DNA from: Candidatus Bathyarchaeota archaeon
GTDB taxonomy: Archaea; Thermoproteota; Bathyarchaeia; TCS64
Assembly: GCA_018396695.1 (NCBI GenBank)
Contig: JAGTQU010000005.1
Span: forward strand, 421 to 64,420
Length of the DNA: 64,000 nucleotides
Direction of reading: 5' to 3'
In this document: positions 49,748-59,914 of the stretch, one piece after another
Layout: the number at the start of each line of letters is the position of its first letter
Numbering within the stretch: the stretch's first letter is position 1
Program-made: the position numbers and the translations under genes
Notes under the pieces: model-generated
Seen by the model: the letters and a program-made list of their open reading frames with translations, nothing else
What the model was told of the DNA's origin: nothing
Databases searched by the model: none

Positions 49748-51277
49748 ATGAGAGTCCCTAACATGTACGAGAAAATCTTAGAGATAGCTTCTAGAAGAGG
49801 CTTCTTCTGGCCCTCCTTTGAGATTTATGGAGGTCTCAGTGGTTTCATTACATATGGAAATATCGGTACAAAGTTTAAGAGAAACATCGAGGATCTTTGG
49901 CGGACATTTTTCATTAAACCTCAGATCATTCTAGAGATCGATGACCCCATAATTAACCCTGAAAAGGTTTTCTCAGCCTCAGGTCATCTCGAACATTTTA
50001 AAGAATATCTGGTTGAATGTAGCGTATGTTCCAACGTTTATCGCGCGGATCACTTGGTTGAGGAGCAGTTGAAGATCGAGCATGCTGAAGCACTTGGTTC
50101 AGAGAAAATAATAAGCCTATTGAAAAAGAGCAGAGTCAAATGTCCTCAATGCGGCGGAGCGCTTAAAGAGCCGATGACGCTTCTTACAATGTTTCAAATG
50201 ACGATCGGCCTTAAAGGAGATGAAATAGCGTATGGGAGACCAGAAACTGCTCAGGGTATGTTCCTAAATTTTCGTAGAGGCTTCCAACATGCTCATGAGA
50301 AGATGCCTTTCGGTTTAGCTCAGATAGGAAAGGCTGTGAGAAATGAGATCTCTCCAAGGCGTGGTATAATTAGATTGAGAGAGTTTACAATGATGGAGCT
50401 AGAGTTCTTCTTCGATCCTAAGCAAGAAACATGCCCTTGGCTTCGTGAAGTAGGTGATGAAGAGGTTAATATTATAACTGAGGAGATGGAGGAACAAAAT
50501 GTCAAGACTCCGATCAAAGAAAAGATAATCAATTTATCTGATATAGGATACGTAAAGACTGAGTGGCAATCATATTTCATGGGAGTTTCCAAAAAATTCC
50601 TGAAGGCCCTAGGGGTCCAAGATGAGAAGCAAAGGTTTAGAGCCCATCTTCCAAATGAGAGATCTCATTATTCAGCACAGACATATGATCACGAGATCTT
50701 GACTGAAGCTTGGGGGTGGATAGAGGTTGCAGGCCATGCTTATAGGACCGATTATGATCTTAAAGCCCATCAAAAGGGTTCAGGCGCCGATTTTTCAGTT
50801 CTTCGGAGCGACTCTTCAAGATTCGTTCCCCATGTCATCGAACCTAGTTTTGGTTTAGATAGACTTGTATACGTGACTTTAGAATGTTCGTACAGAAGAA
50901 AGAAGGATAGAAATATTTTCGCGCTTCCAAAAAGATTAGCTCCAATTAAAATCTCGGTTTTTCCACTCGTTTCAAAGGATGGATTACCTGAGAAAGCTGG
51001 TGAAGTCTATAAACTGCTCTTAGATTCAGGATTTCCAGTCGATTATGAAGAGGGTTCCTCCATAGGAAAAATGTATGCTAGGGCTGATGAGATAGGAGTT
51101 CCCATAGCTGTAACTGTAGATTATAGATCTATGGAAGACGAAACAGTGACTTTAAGAGATCGGGATACATGGACCCAGGTAAGACAAAAAATAAAGCTGC
51201 TCCCAAAAATTTTAGACCAGTATTTCAAAGATCAGATAACCTTTAGAGAGTTAGGATCGAATCTAAATATAGCTTAG
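49748..51277 (+). CDS. glyS: glycyl-tRNA synthetase (archaeal/eukaryal alpha2 type)
   Basis: N-terminal RRGFFWPSFEIYGGLSGF..., class II motifs, anticodon-binding C-terminus. Confidence 0.88.
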   Translation: MRVPNMYEKILEIASRRGFFWPSFEIYGGLSGFITYGNIGTKFKRNIEDLWRTFFIKPQIILEIDDPIINPEKVFSASGHLEHFKEYLVECSVCSNVYRADHLVEEQLKIEHAEALGSEKIISLLKKSRVKCPQCGGALKEPMTLLTMFQMTIGLKGDEIAYGRPETAQGMFLNFRRGFQHAHEKMPFGLAQIGKAVRNEISPRRGIIRLREFTMMELEFFFDPKQETCPWLREVGDEEVNIITEEMEEQNVKTPIKEKIINLSDIGYVKTEWQSYFMGVSKKFLKALGVQDEKQRFRAHLPNERSHYSAQTYDHEILTEAWGWIEVAGHAYRTDYDLKAHQKGSGADFSVLRSDSSRFVPHVIEPSFGLDRLVYVTLECSYRRKKDRNIFALPKRLAPIKISVFPLVSKDGLPEKAGEVYKLLLDSGFPVDYEEGSSIGKMYARADEIGVPIAVTVDYRSMEDETVTLRDRDTWTQVRQKIKLLPKILDQYFKDQITFRELGSNLNIA

Positions 51278-51442
51278 AATAAGTCTAGTCTTAGTAACGT
51301 TTACTTCAACTATTTTGACCCCTTTAAAACTAGTAGTGTTACCTACTACATCTTGAAGAACCGTTATATTGTCTTCTGTTTTAGCATAGATGACGTCTTC
51401 CATAACAATTTCATTATTAAGAGAAACCTTAAATTCACACAT
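51263..51442 (-). CDS. CooT-like small protein (59 aa, Cys2)
   Basis: MCEFKVSLNNEIVMEDVIYAKTEDNITVLQDVVGNTTSFKGVKIVEVNVTKTRLILSYI*; below the track length cutoff; 3' end overlaps the glyS stop convergently. Confidence 0.45.
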   Translation of the reverse strand: MCEFKVSLNNEIVMEDVIYAKTEDNITVLQDVVGNTTSFKGVKIVEVNVTKTRLILSYI

Positions 51443-51563
51443 ACTATATCAAAATTATCTTTGCCTTAAAGTATTTAAACCAAATCCCACTAAAATATTT
51501 GTTTGCATCAAATGAAGATAATTAAAAATACCGTCAGAATCTGTTTTGGAATCTCTAGAAGGT

Positions 51564-52388
51564 TTAGCTTTTTAGAATTAGTTCTCCACTCTTAATTTTT
51601 AATCTCTTCTCGAACTCATCGAGGAAGACTCTCATTTCAGATTCGCATTCTAAAATAGATGATGTTTCAACTAAAATGTCTACGTAAATTTCATGAACCA
51701 GTTCTCTCTCTTCAGACCTAATCGGTGGGACCGCTTTGTTTTTAATATATATATGTGGAAAGTCACGTATAAGCGACTCGTAGATTGGGAAAAACTCTTT
51801 CCAAACAATTCGTGCCATAACGGTTTTGGCAAGTATTTTTGAGGGTGCTTCCTCTTCGATAATTTTTTCGATATGTTCTTCAAATATTGCCTTCATCTCA
51901 TCCGGGATTCCTGGCATAGCTACTATTTTAGATGAGCCTACTTTAACTAGCATTCCGGGAGCCATCCCCACTGGGTTATGGAGTGGTATGGCATCTTCAA
52001 GAAGTCGAGCCATTCTCTCTCTTCTAGGTGTTAGCTCTATGCCGAGTTCACTGCATTTTTTCTCCAGCATCGCTTTTGCTGTAGGGTTAATCTCCACTCT
52101 ACGTCCAAGAGCTTTCCCTATCGAGTCTATTGTAAGATCGTCGGTTGATGGCCCAAGACCGCCAGTCGTTATTATGAGGTCAGCTCCCCTTGAAAGAGAT
52201 TCCTTCACCGCATTAGCTATCTCGTCTATATCATCTCCAACACAAACTATCCGTCTCAATACTGCACCTTTTTCAGTAGCCTTCTTCGCGATCCATGAAG
52301 AGTTTGTATCGATGATTCTACCGAACAGTATCTCATTTCCGGTCACAATAACCTCTATGATATACCTTTTTCTCGGCTTCATCCACAC
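51564..52388 (-). CDS. CinA-like / MoCF-biosynthesis-domain protein
   Basis: ITTGGLGPSTDDLT motif. Confidence 0.7.
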   Translation of the reverse strand: MWMKPRKRYIIEVIVTGNEILFGRIIDTNSSWIAKKATEKGAVLRRIVCVGDDIDEIANAVKESLSRGADLIITTGGLGPSTDDLTIDSIGKALGRRVEINPTAKAMLEKKCSELGIELTPRRERMARLLEDAIPLHNPVGMAPGMLVKVGSSKIVAMPGIPDEMKAIFEEHIEKIIEEEAPSKILAKTVMARIVWKEFFPIYESLIRDFPHIYIKNKAVPPIRSEERELVHEIYVDILVETSSILECESEMRVFLDEFEKRLKIKSGELILKS

Positions 52389-52479
52389 TTTCTCATACGA
52401 ATCTAGATAATAGGATATCTATCAAGATTATGCGCAAAGCTAATATTGATACTTGCCAAAAATATGGAAGGTAGTTTAA

Positions 52480-52941
52480 ATGTCTAAATGGTCGCTCGAT
52501 GAAATCCTTGATCTAGCCATTTTAATGGAGGACCAGTCTATTCAGATTTATACTTCAGCCCAAGATAAAGTTGTAAATCCCGGCTCGAAGGAGATGCTTA
52601 AAACCCTCGTAATCGAGGAGAAAGGGCATAAAAAAAGACTCCTCGAGATTAAGGAGAAAGCAAAACTTTTAGAAAAATTTTCTTCGATTGAGAAGATTCA
52701 AGATCTAAAAATAGCTGACGATTTAGTGAAAGAGTCTCTTTCTGCTGAATCAGGTTACCAAGAGATCTTGGTATTCGCAGCTAAAAGAGAGAAAGAAACT
52801 CACGATATGTACATAAATCTTGCTAAAAAGTATAAAGGTAGTGGGATCGAAAACACTTTCATGATGCTGGCTCAAGAAGAACTTAAGCATAAGTACCTTT
52901 TAGAAAAAGAATACGATGATAATGTGCTTATCTGGATGTGA
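52480..52941 (+). CDS. rubrerythrin-family ferritin-like diiron protein (no rubredoxin domain)
   Basis: Two E...ExxH-like helices (EEKGHKK, EELKHKY). Confidence 0.55.
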   Translation: MSKWSLDEILDLAILMEDQSIQIYTSAQDKVVNPGSKEMLKTLVIEEKGHKKRLLEIKEKAKLLEKFSSIEKIQDLKIADDLVKESLSAESGYQEILVFAAKREKETHDMYINLAKKYKGSGIENTFMMLAQEELKHKYLLEKEYDDNVLIWM

Positions 52942-53016
52942 CTCATAGCTTCTCTATTTCTTTCTGATTTCTGTAAAAACATATTCTGGATGGATGCTGA
53001 CTATGCTAAAACTAGT

Positions 53017-54195
53017 CTAGTCGCAGAACCCTAGCATTCTTTCCGATATTCTATCTGTACTGAAGATTGCGAAGTCCTTATACCCTAATGCTTCCGCTTT
53101 AGTCATCTTTCCAGAGGCAGTCTCGACAAGTGCATTAAATATTCTTTCACCTACTGAGTTTAATGATTCACTTCCATCTAAAATCGTTCCAGCGTTGATA
53201 TCCATATTATCTTCCATCCTAGCATAAGTCTCAGGGTTCCCAGTTATCTTGAGAACTGGGGCTATAGCATGTCCCACAGTGGAGCCTCTTCCAGTTGTGA
53301 AAGCTACGATCTGGGCTCCAGCTGCAACCATGTGTGTAACGGAGGCAACATCCCATCCCGTACCATCTTGGATCCAAAGTCCGTTACAAGTGGGTTTATC
53401 AAAAGCCTTTCTATTATTTTCAAGAACTCCTTGAATTGGCTTGGTTCCCCCTTTACGTATAGCACCTAAACTTTTCTCTTCTATAGTTGTAAGACCTCCA
53501 TCTATGTTTCCTTTCGACATGAAACGGCTGTCGACGCCCATCGCTTTCATACGTTGCTCCTGGCGACTAATCATCTCGTATATCTTCTTTGAAACATTCT
53601 CATTGATTGCTCTCTGAGCCAAGATGTGTTCAGTCCCAGTCATCTCCTGAGGCTCGCTTATTATTACTGTCCCTCCTTCTTCGATCAGCAGATCAGAAGC
53701 TACGCCCACGGCAGGGTTAGCTGCCAGACCTGATGTTGCATCGGATCCGCCGCATTCGACTGCAAGGATGAGTTTATTGAGTGGAAACGGCTCTCGTTTA
53801 GCTTCTGAAGCTTCCTGAGCTATTTTACGGAGTTTACGAACTCCATCCTCTATAGTTTTAAGTGTTCCACCGTCTCTTTGGCATATCACAATGTCGAGAG
53901 GCTTACCAGTCGACGCGATCCTTTCAGCTATCAATTCAGAGGTCAGCGTCTCGCATCCTAATCCTACTAATAGGACACCTGCAACATTAGGATTACAACC
54001 TGTTCCAACGAGATTGTTGAGAACCATCTCATTGATCCCGCATCCGTAATACTGAGTTACTGCTACTGCTCCCTCAACTTGAGCTGCTATACGTTTTGCA
54101 GGCTCAAAACTGCAGTCTATAGGAGCAATTACAAGGAGATGGTTACGTAATCCCACCGACCCATCTTGTCTTTCAAAACCGTAGAACTCTGTCAC
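53017..54195 (-). CDS. UxaA-family (altronate/galactarate dehydratase-like) catalytic subunit
   Basis: 392 aa UxaA C-terminal domain pattern; overlaps upstream SAF-domain ORF by 4 nt. Confidence 0.7.
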   Translation of the reverse strand: MTEFYGFERQDGSVGLRNHLLVIAPIDCSFEPAKRIAAQVEGAVAVTQYYGCGINEMVLNNLVGTGCNPNVAGVLLVGLGCETLTSELIAERIASTGKPLDIVICQRDGGTLKTIEDGVRKLRKIAQEASEAKREPFPLNKLILAVECGGSDATSGLAANPAVGVASDLLIEEGGTVIISEPQEMTGTEHILAQRAINENVSKKIYEMISRQEQRMKAMGVDSRFMSKGNIDGGLTTIEEKSLGAIRKGGTKPIQGVLENNRKAFDKPTCNGLWIQDGTGWDVASVTHMVAAGAQIVAFTTGRGSTVGHAIAPVLKITGNPETYARMEDNMDINAGTILDGSESLNSVGERIFNALVETASGKMTKAEALGYKDFAIFSTDRISERMLGFCD

Positions 54196-54506
54196 GCTGC
54201 CTCACCTTTACCTAGATTTGATGCGGGGACTGTTGAACTCTCCAAATTGTTGATGTGAATCCACTCTCCGATTCTAATATCCTTTGAGGCAACTCCGATA
54301 ACTTCGCCGTATTTAACCACTTTATCACCCTTTTTCAGATTCTGCAAAGCTATCTTATGGCCGAAGGGTATTGAATCTAGGCTTTTAGTTTTTATTATTA
54401 CCTTACCTTCAGGCGACAGGACTTCAACCTCTTCATTGTCTTGGGTATCTGAAGTAACTGTAGCAATGTTATCTTCTTCATCTATTTGTATGGCTTTATG
54501 ACTCAT
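54192..54506 (-). CDS. SAF-domain small subunit of split UxaA-type dehydratase
   Basis: 104 aa, SAF-like N-terminal domain, translationally coupled. Confidence 0.6.
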   Translation of the reverse strand: MSHKAIQIDEEDNIATVTSDTQDNEEVEVLSPEGKVIIKTKSLDSIPFGHKIALQNLKKGDKVVKYGEVIGVASKDIRIGEWIHINNLESSTVPASNLGKGEAA

Positions 54507-54540
54507 GTTGAGTCAATGAATGTCGAGGTTATACGTAAAT

Positions 54541-55203
54541 TTAACGAAAAAGAGGATTGACTTGAGTTGCTCTTTCAATGAATTGTTTTACATGTGGGAT
54601 GATCCCATTTAAGTCATCGTTTACAACAATCTTGGCTTTAGCTTTAACGCAATCCTTAGCGTGGAAGGCTATGCTGAGCCCTGCTATCTTCATCATAGGA
54701 ATATCATTGGCTCCATCCCCCACAGCAATACATCTATCTAAACCAAACCCGAATTTTTTAGATAGATAGATCAGATATTTTGCTTTCATTTCAGGAGTGA
54801 CAATGGGTTTTTTCACGGAAGTGATCCTACCATTAGTCAAAAGAAATCTGTTCGAGTATACTATGCCTATGTCGAGTTCTCGTGCAACCCTCTCAGCTAA
54901 AATATCAAACCCTCCTGTGATGATGGTTGGTATGCAGCCTAAATCCTTCAATTCTTTAATTGTTTCTTTCACTCCTCTATTGAGAGATAGCTTTCGACAT
55001 ATTTCTTTGACATCTTCAATAGGAACTCCTTTGATAATGTTTATACGTTTGAATAGAGACTCCTCAAAACTTAGTTCCCCTCTAATACCTTTCAAAGTTA
55101 TTTCTCTTAAAGCCTCGATGTTTAAGGCTCTGCCCATCTCTGGAAACAATTCTCCATCAAGCAGCGTTCCCTCTAGATCAAATGCGATTAACAATAAAGT
55201 CAC
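54541..55203 (-). CDS. HAD-family phosphoserine phosphatase-like
   Basis: Motif I AFDLEGTL (DxE variant), motif IV GDGANDIPM. Confidence 0.65.
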   Translation of the reverse strand: MTLLLIAFDLEGTLLDGELFPEMGRALNIEALREITLKGIRGELSFEESLFKRINIIKGVPIEDVKEICRKLSLNRGVKETIKELKDLGCIPTIITGGFDILAERVARELDIGIVYSNRFLLTNGRITSVKKPIVTPEMKAKYLIYLSKKFGFGLDRCIAVGDGANDIPMMKIAGLSIAFHAKDCVKAKAKIVVNDDLNGIIPHVKQFIERATQVNPLFR

Positions 55204-55412
55204 CCTGAAACGGATCTGAAAATCTTGAGAGCGACCTTATTGTGCTATAGGCTGAGACGAGCTTTTAGACGACAGGCATAAAATTTCAAATAGGAAACTT
55301 CGATCGCTCAGCTTAGACCCCCTCAATCTCTAATTTTTTCATTTTAGAGAATAAGGAGGATATTTTAAAACTTTTCTGCAGCTCTAAACTATTAGTATTT
55401 AGTTTTTATGGC

Positions 55413-56666
55413 TCAGATATTTTCAGGGATCCCTAAGGTGGAGTCTGGAATAACTGCTACCTTAGCATTAGACCCATGTTCCGCTTTTAAGATTTCAATG
55501 ACTTCCGTCCAATCTTTTATCCAAACCGTTTGTTCAGGTAGACCAATCTTCATGTCATGCGTCCTCTCTTTGTAAGGTGAATATATTATGAGTCTCTTCC
55601 CTTTTTTAAGCGGGTGTCTAACAGGGTTCCAGAGTCTAGCCCCCCTATTTTTACCGTGCCTTCCAAAGATCCAGTGGTTTATATCCCCGTCAGGCGCGTT
55701 TGCAATCAAGACTATTGACCCATCATTTTTCACAGACTGATAAGCAGGCCACATCCCAATCTGCGCCTCATTCGCTCTAGCATATGTGTTTGCAACTACG
55801 ATATCCATTTCCGTCGGCTGGGGGCATCTATGCCACTTTAAAGCCGACTCTGAAGCCCTCCTTTGAGTTTCAACAAAGTCTCCTGCATATATCTCAACGG
55901 GGTCCCTCTTAAGATTTAGAACGGTGTCAATTTTAAAGTCTAGACCAGATATCTTCGCAAACTCTTCGGCGTCGAGACGCATTGAATTTCCCTCATTTTT
56001 AAGATAACCTGTTGATGGATGGGGTGTTAATCCGGGACCGAAGCCACCAATATCTCCATGATTGTGTTTAATAGAGTCGATGCCAGCTATACCTGGCATG
56101 ATCATCTTAGCACCACCGCTGAACCCCATTAATCTATGAAATAGTATGGTTCCAACCCCTATCTTCAAATCGCAACCCATGTACTCGGCATTCACATATA
56201 CGGGGGTCCCTCGGCTAGTTTCTCCTAAGTATTCAAGATACTCGTAAGGGTTATGATTGAAACATTGGTACTCTCCGACTATGTCTTCACCCAACTTCTT
56301 CGCAAAGTCTAATCTACCAAAAGGTCCATGGCTTCCACTAGCCATTATGAACCTTATATTATCGCGTTTTATCTTAGCCTTCTCCAATATGTCTAGAATA
56401 GGCCTCACGAATTGATAGCTTTTCGTCGGCCGCGTCATATCATCAATTAGGATTACCACCTCTTCGCTTTTTTCAGCTAACTTACTCAGGGGCTTAGTAC
56501 CAAAGGGGTTTTCAAGAGCGTAATAGATTTTTTTCTCATCCAGCCCGATTGAGTCTTCACATGCTACTCTGCAGCGGTTTACACTCCAGCTTGACGGAAA
56601 CTCGAGTTTAAGTGGTTCATCACCGAACCAAGCAATATTAGGGACGGAAATTTCAATATTTTTCAA
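55413..56666 (-). CDS. LarA-like (nickel-pincer lactate racemase family / DUF2088) protein
   Basis: 417 aa with LarA N-terminal pattern. Confidence 0.55.
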   Translation of the reverse strand: MKNIEISVPNIAWFGDEPLKLEFPSSWSVNRCRVACEDSIGLDEKKIYYALENPFGTKPLSKLAEKSEEVVILIDDMTRPTKSYQFVRPILDILEKAKIKRDNIRFIMASGSHGPFGRLDFAKKLGEDIVGEYQCFNHNPYEYLEYLGETSRGTPVYVNAEYMGCDLKIGVGTILFHRLMGFSGGAKMIMPGIAGIDSIKHNHGDIGGFGPGLTPHPSTGYLKNEGNSMRLDAEEFAKISGLDFKIDTVLNLKRDPVEIYAGDFVETQRRASESALKWHRCPQPTEMDIVVANTYARANEAQIGMWPAYQSVKNDGSIVLIANAPDGDINHWIFGRHGKNRGARLWNPVRHPLKKGKRLIIYSPYKERTHDMKIGLPEQTVWIKDWTEVIEILKAEHGSNAKVAVIPDSTLGIPENI

Positions 56667-56881
56667 AGGGATATTCTCCGCTTAGAGATATAACCTGCCT
56701 TTAGGATTTAAAAATATGCATCGTTTATTCTCACCGAATCACTTGCGTCTGGCTTGCTAAATTTAGGTGAGGTATAGATTTCGGACTAAGCTAATCATTA
56801 GTCGATTAAAAGGAGGAAAGTTGTTTAGGTTCGTGACAAGTCTTTATTAAGAATAAACTAAACATCTATCATGGTGTCTTT

Positions 56882-58036
56882 ATGAATTTCGAGCGAGAGT
56901 TGCTCATGATCCCTGGGCCTACAATGGTTTCCCCTAGGGTTTTAAGAGTCCTGTCGAAACCGATTCTAAGTCATGGTAGCAAAGAGTTCGTGGAAGGGTT
57001 TGCTGAAGCGCTTGAACTTCAGAAACGGATCTTCATGACTGAGGGGATCCCCTTTATGTTAGCTGGTAGCGGGACACTTTCAATGGAAGCTACCGTTGCT
57101 AATCTAGTTGAGAAGGGGGATAAGGTACTCTGCGTGGAGAATGGCTTCTTCGGAGAAAGGTGGGCTGATATCGTTCATGCTCATGGAGGATTCGCTGATA
57201 GGCTTAACTTCGGCTGGGGGAGAGCGATAGACCTAGAAATTCTTAAGGAGAAACTTGAAGACGGAGATTATAAAGCTATGACTGTTGAACACGTTGATAC
57301 TTCTACAGGAGTAGCGAATCCGATTGACAAGATAGGTGAGATCTTGAAAAATACTAGCACTTTATACGTCGTTGATTCCGTATGCGGGATAGGCGGTATG
57401 CCTCTAAAGATGGATGAATGGAACATTGATGTTTGTATAACTGGAAGCCAGAAAGCGCTAGGGGCTCCTCCTGGAATCACAATGCTTTGTGTTAACGAAC
57501 TGGCATGGAGGATAATCGAGAATCGGACTTCAATTGTATCAGATTATTATGCTGATTTGAAAAAATGGAGAGCTGTGATGGACGATCCTAAAAGGTATTT
57601 CGCGACACCTGCCACAGGGCTAGTTTTAGGGATATTGGAAGCGTTTCGCATCGTAGAGGAAGAGGGGCTTGAAGCTAGGTGGAGAAGGCACAGATTATTT
57701 TCGGATGCCTTCAAAGCTGGACTGTCTGCTATAAATCTCCAAACATTTCCATCTAAGGGCTTTGAGGCTCATACCCTGTCCGTTCCTATAATGCCAAATG
57801 CGGTTAAAGATTCTGATCTACGAAGCATGATGCAGTCAAAATACGGAGTCATTATAGCTAGTGGTATAGGTGAGACGGCTGGTAAAGTAGTCAGAATAGG
57901 CCACATGGGGAGTGTAACCGTGAACGATTTGATTGCGACTCTGAGCTCACTAGAGATGGCTTTAATGTGTCTAGGATTTGAAATAGATCCAGGAAAAGGC
58001 GTTGGAGCGGCTGAGAAGATACTGTCTAAAGGATAA
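56882..58036 (+). CDS. class V aminotransferase (serine-pyruvate / phosphoserine aminotransferase type)
   Basis: ITGSQKALGAPPG PLP-lysine motif. Confidence 0.8.
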   Translation: MNFERELLMIPGPTMVSPRVLRVLSKPILSHGSKEFVEGFAEALELQKRIFMTEGIPFMLAGSGTLSMEATVANLVEKGDKVLCVENGFFGERWADIVHAHGGFADRLNFGWGRAIDLEILKEKLEDGDYKAMTVEHVDTSTGVANPIDKIGEILKNTSTLYVVDSVCGIGGMPLKMDEWNIDVCITGSQKALGAPPGITMLCVNELAWRIIENRTSIVSDYYADLKKWRAVMDDPKRYFATPATGLVLGILEAFRIVEEEGLEARWRRHRLFSDAFKAGLSAINLQTFPSKGFEAHTLSVPIMPNAVKDSDLRSMMQSKYGVIIASGIGETAGKVVRIGHMGSVTVNDLIATLSSLEMALMCLGFEIDPGKGVGAAEKILSKG

Positions 58037-58503
58037 ATATGATCGTTTATAAATACCTCTCGAAAGCTCAGTCTATTAAAATATTAACTCTCTTTTTCAA
58101 ATGCTTTTTACGATGTTGATCTTTGGATTACTTTTCTGCATATTGTATGGCGAATCTCGATTTTAAATCTTCCATTTATCCTAACGCCTTACACGTAAAA
58201 ATTGTATACTCCAAATTTTGGGTAGGCTTTCCAACAGTTTTATCGCGTATTCTCTGAAGGTTCAGGACTATCTAAGCCAATTTTTCGTCGATGAAAGCTT
58301 GTTTTTTCATAATGATAATTTCTTTAGTGATTCTTAATTAGATTGTGTAACTATAATCTATATATTTTTCAAACATATTATAATGACGATTAAATTGATC
58401 ATGATTTTATTTCCACATGATAAATTTACTTAACCTAGTTTCAGTTGTTTTTAGAGAATATTTCCGATAACTATTTACCCTGAGAAACTCGTTCGAATAA
58501 TTA

Positions 58504-59454
58504 ATGGACGTTACAGAGATTTATTCTGCCCAAAAGCGTATAAGAAGCTTTATTAGGAGCACCCCGATGGAGCGTTCAGATTTTCTAAGCGAGTTGACTG
58601 GTGGAGAAGTATACTTAAAACTTGAAAATCAGCAAATTACAGGCTCATTTAAGATTAGAGGCGCGCTTAACAAATTTTTAAAACTCTCGGGAAATGCGAA
58701 AGCAAGAGGGGTTGTAACAGCATCGTCTGGAAACCATGCACAGGGGGTGGCTTATGCATCCATACTTTTAGGTATAGAATCAACGATAGTTGTTCCTGAA
58801 AATACTCCGAAAGTCAAGATCGAAGCCATACGCAAGTATGGTGTTAATCCATTAATCTATGGAAAAGAGTATTTAGAAGCCGAAAAATTTGCGAGGAGGA
58901 TTGAAAAAGAGGAGGGGAAAGTCTTCATTTCAGCCTATAACGATTTGGATGTAATCGCTGGTCAAGGTACCATCGCCATCGAGATGTTCAATGAGAACCC
59001 AGATTTAAACACGGTTCTTGTTCCTGTTGGAGGAGGTGGATTAATTTCTGGTATTGCGAGCTATGTGAAAAATGCTTTTGGCTGTGAAGTTTTAGGGGTA
59101 CAATCAGAAAACTCGCCAGTCATGTTTGAAAGTCTAAAACAAGGAAAGATCGTAGAAATGGAGTCGAAGAGCTCAGTGGCTGAGGCTCTCCACGGGGGGA
59201 TAGAAGATGGCTCGGTTACATTTGAGATATGTCGAAGATTAGTTGATGAAATTGTTCTTGTGAAAGAAGAGAGTATTATAAACGGTATTAGGCTTATGAT
59301 TCAAACCCATCATCAAGTAGTAGAAGGCGGGGGCGCGGTTGGAGTTGCTGCTTTACTGGAATCCCCTGAGAGATATAGGGAAAAGTCGATAGGCATTGTG
59401 ATCAGTGGCGGAAATCTGGATGAGAAAATTCTAAACATGCTTATTAAAGCATAA
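58504..59454 (+). CDS. threonine dehydratase / serine racemase-like PLP enzyme
   Basis: SFKIRGA PLP-lysine motif, GGGG loop. Confidence 0.8.
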   Translation: MDVTEIYSAQKRIRSFIRSTPMERSDFLSELTGGEVYLKLENQQITGSFKIRGALNKFLKLSGNAKARGVVTASSGNHAQGVAYASILLGIESTIVVPENTPKVKIEAIRKYGVNPLIYGKEYLEAEKFARRIEKEEGKVFISAYNDLDVIAGQGTIAIEMFNENPDLNTVLVPVGGGGLISGIASYVKNAFGCEVLGVQSENSPVMFESLKQGKIVEMESKSSVAEALHGGIEDGSVTFEICRRLVDEIVLVKEESIINGIRLMIQTHHQVVEGGGAVGVAALLESPERYREKSIGIVISGGNLDEKILNMLIKA

Positions 59455-59572
59455 AGGTTGGAATCATAGTGTCTAGAATAAAAGTTTCTGCTTTTTAGTC
59501 TCCTTTAAATTCGATTTTATTAGGAAACTTTATAAGCTTTAATCTTTCCAGCGATTTCAGGAGGCAGATCAG

Positions 59573-59815
59573 ATGCCCACATGTGAAATCTGTGGAATGG
59601 AAGCACCGATCCTATACGAGTGCGAATGCGGAACGAAGTTTTGTGAAGAATGTGGTGACCCTAAAAGAAAACTCTGTTATGACTGTTTAGGCTGGGGGGA
59701 CGAAGAAGAGGACAAATGGAGCGAAAAAGAAGACTACTGGGAAGATGAAGAAGAGATAGAAGAAGACTGGGAAGACTATGAAGACGAGGACTGGGATGAA
59801 GAGGATCTCAATTAA
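59573..59815 (+). CDS. small zinc-ribbon protein with Trp-rich acidic tail
   Basis: CEICG...CECGTKFCEECG...CYDC then WEDEEEIEEDWEDYEDEDWDEED. Confidence 0.45.
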   Translation: MPTCEICGMEAPILYECECGTKFCEECGDPKRKLCYDCLGWGDEEEDKWSEKEDYWEDEEEIEEDWEDYEDEDWDEEDLN

Positions 59816-59914
59816 ACTTTATGTTATGAGATGATAAACATTCGTTCAAAGGTAGGATAAGGTGAAAATTGTTTTTATTAACCGTCTTTTTATATTAATT
59901 GAAAACCGGTTAAA

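Noticed and set aside
58037-58503. 467-bp AT-rich spacer before the threonine dehydratase gene
   Set aside because: Only very short ORFs on either strand and no recognisable RNA structure. It is probably a promoter-rich divergent or long leader region.
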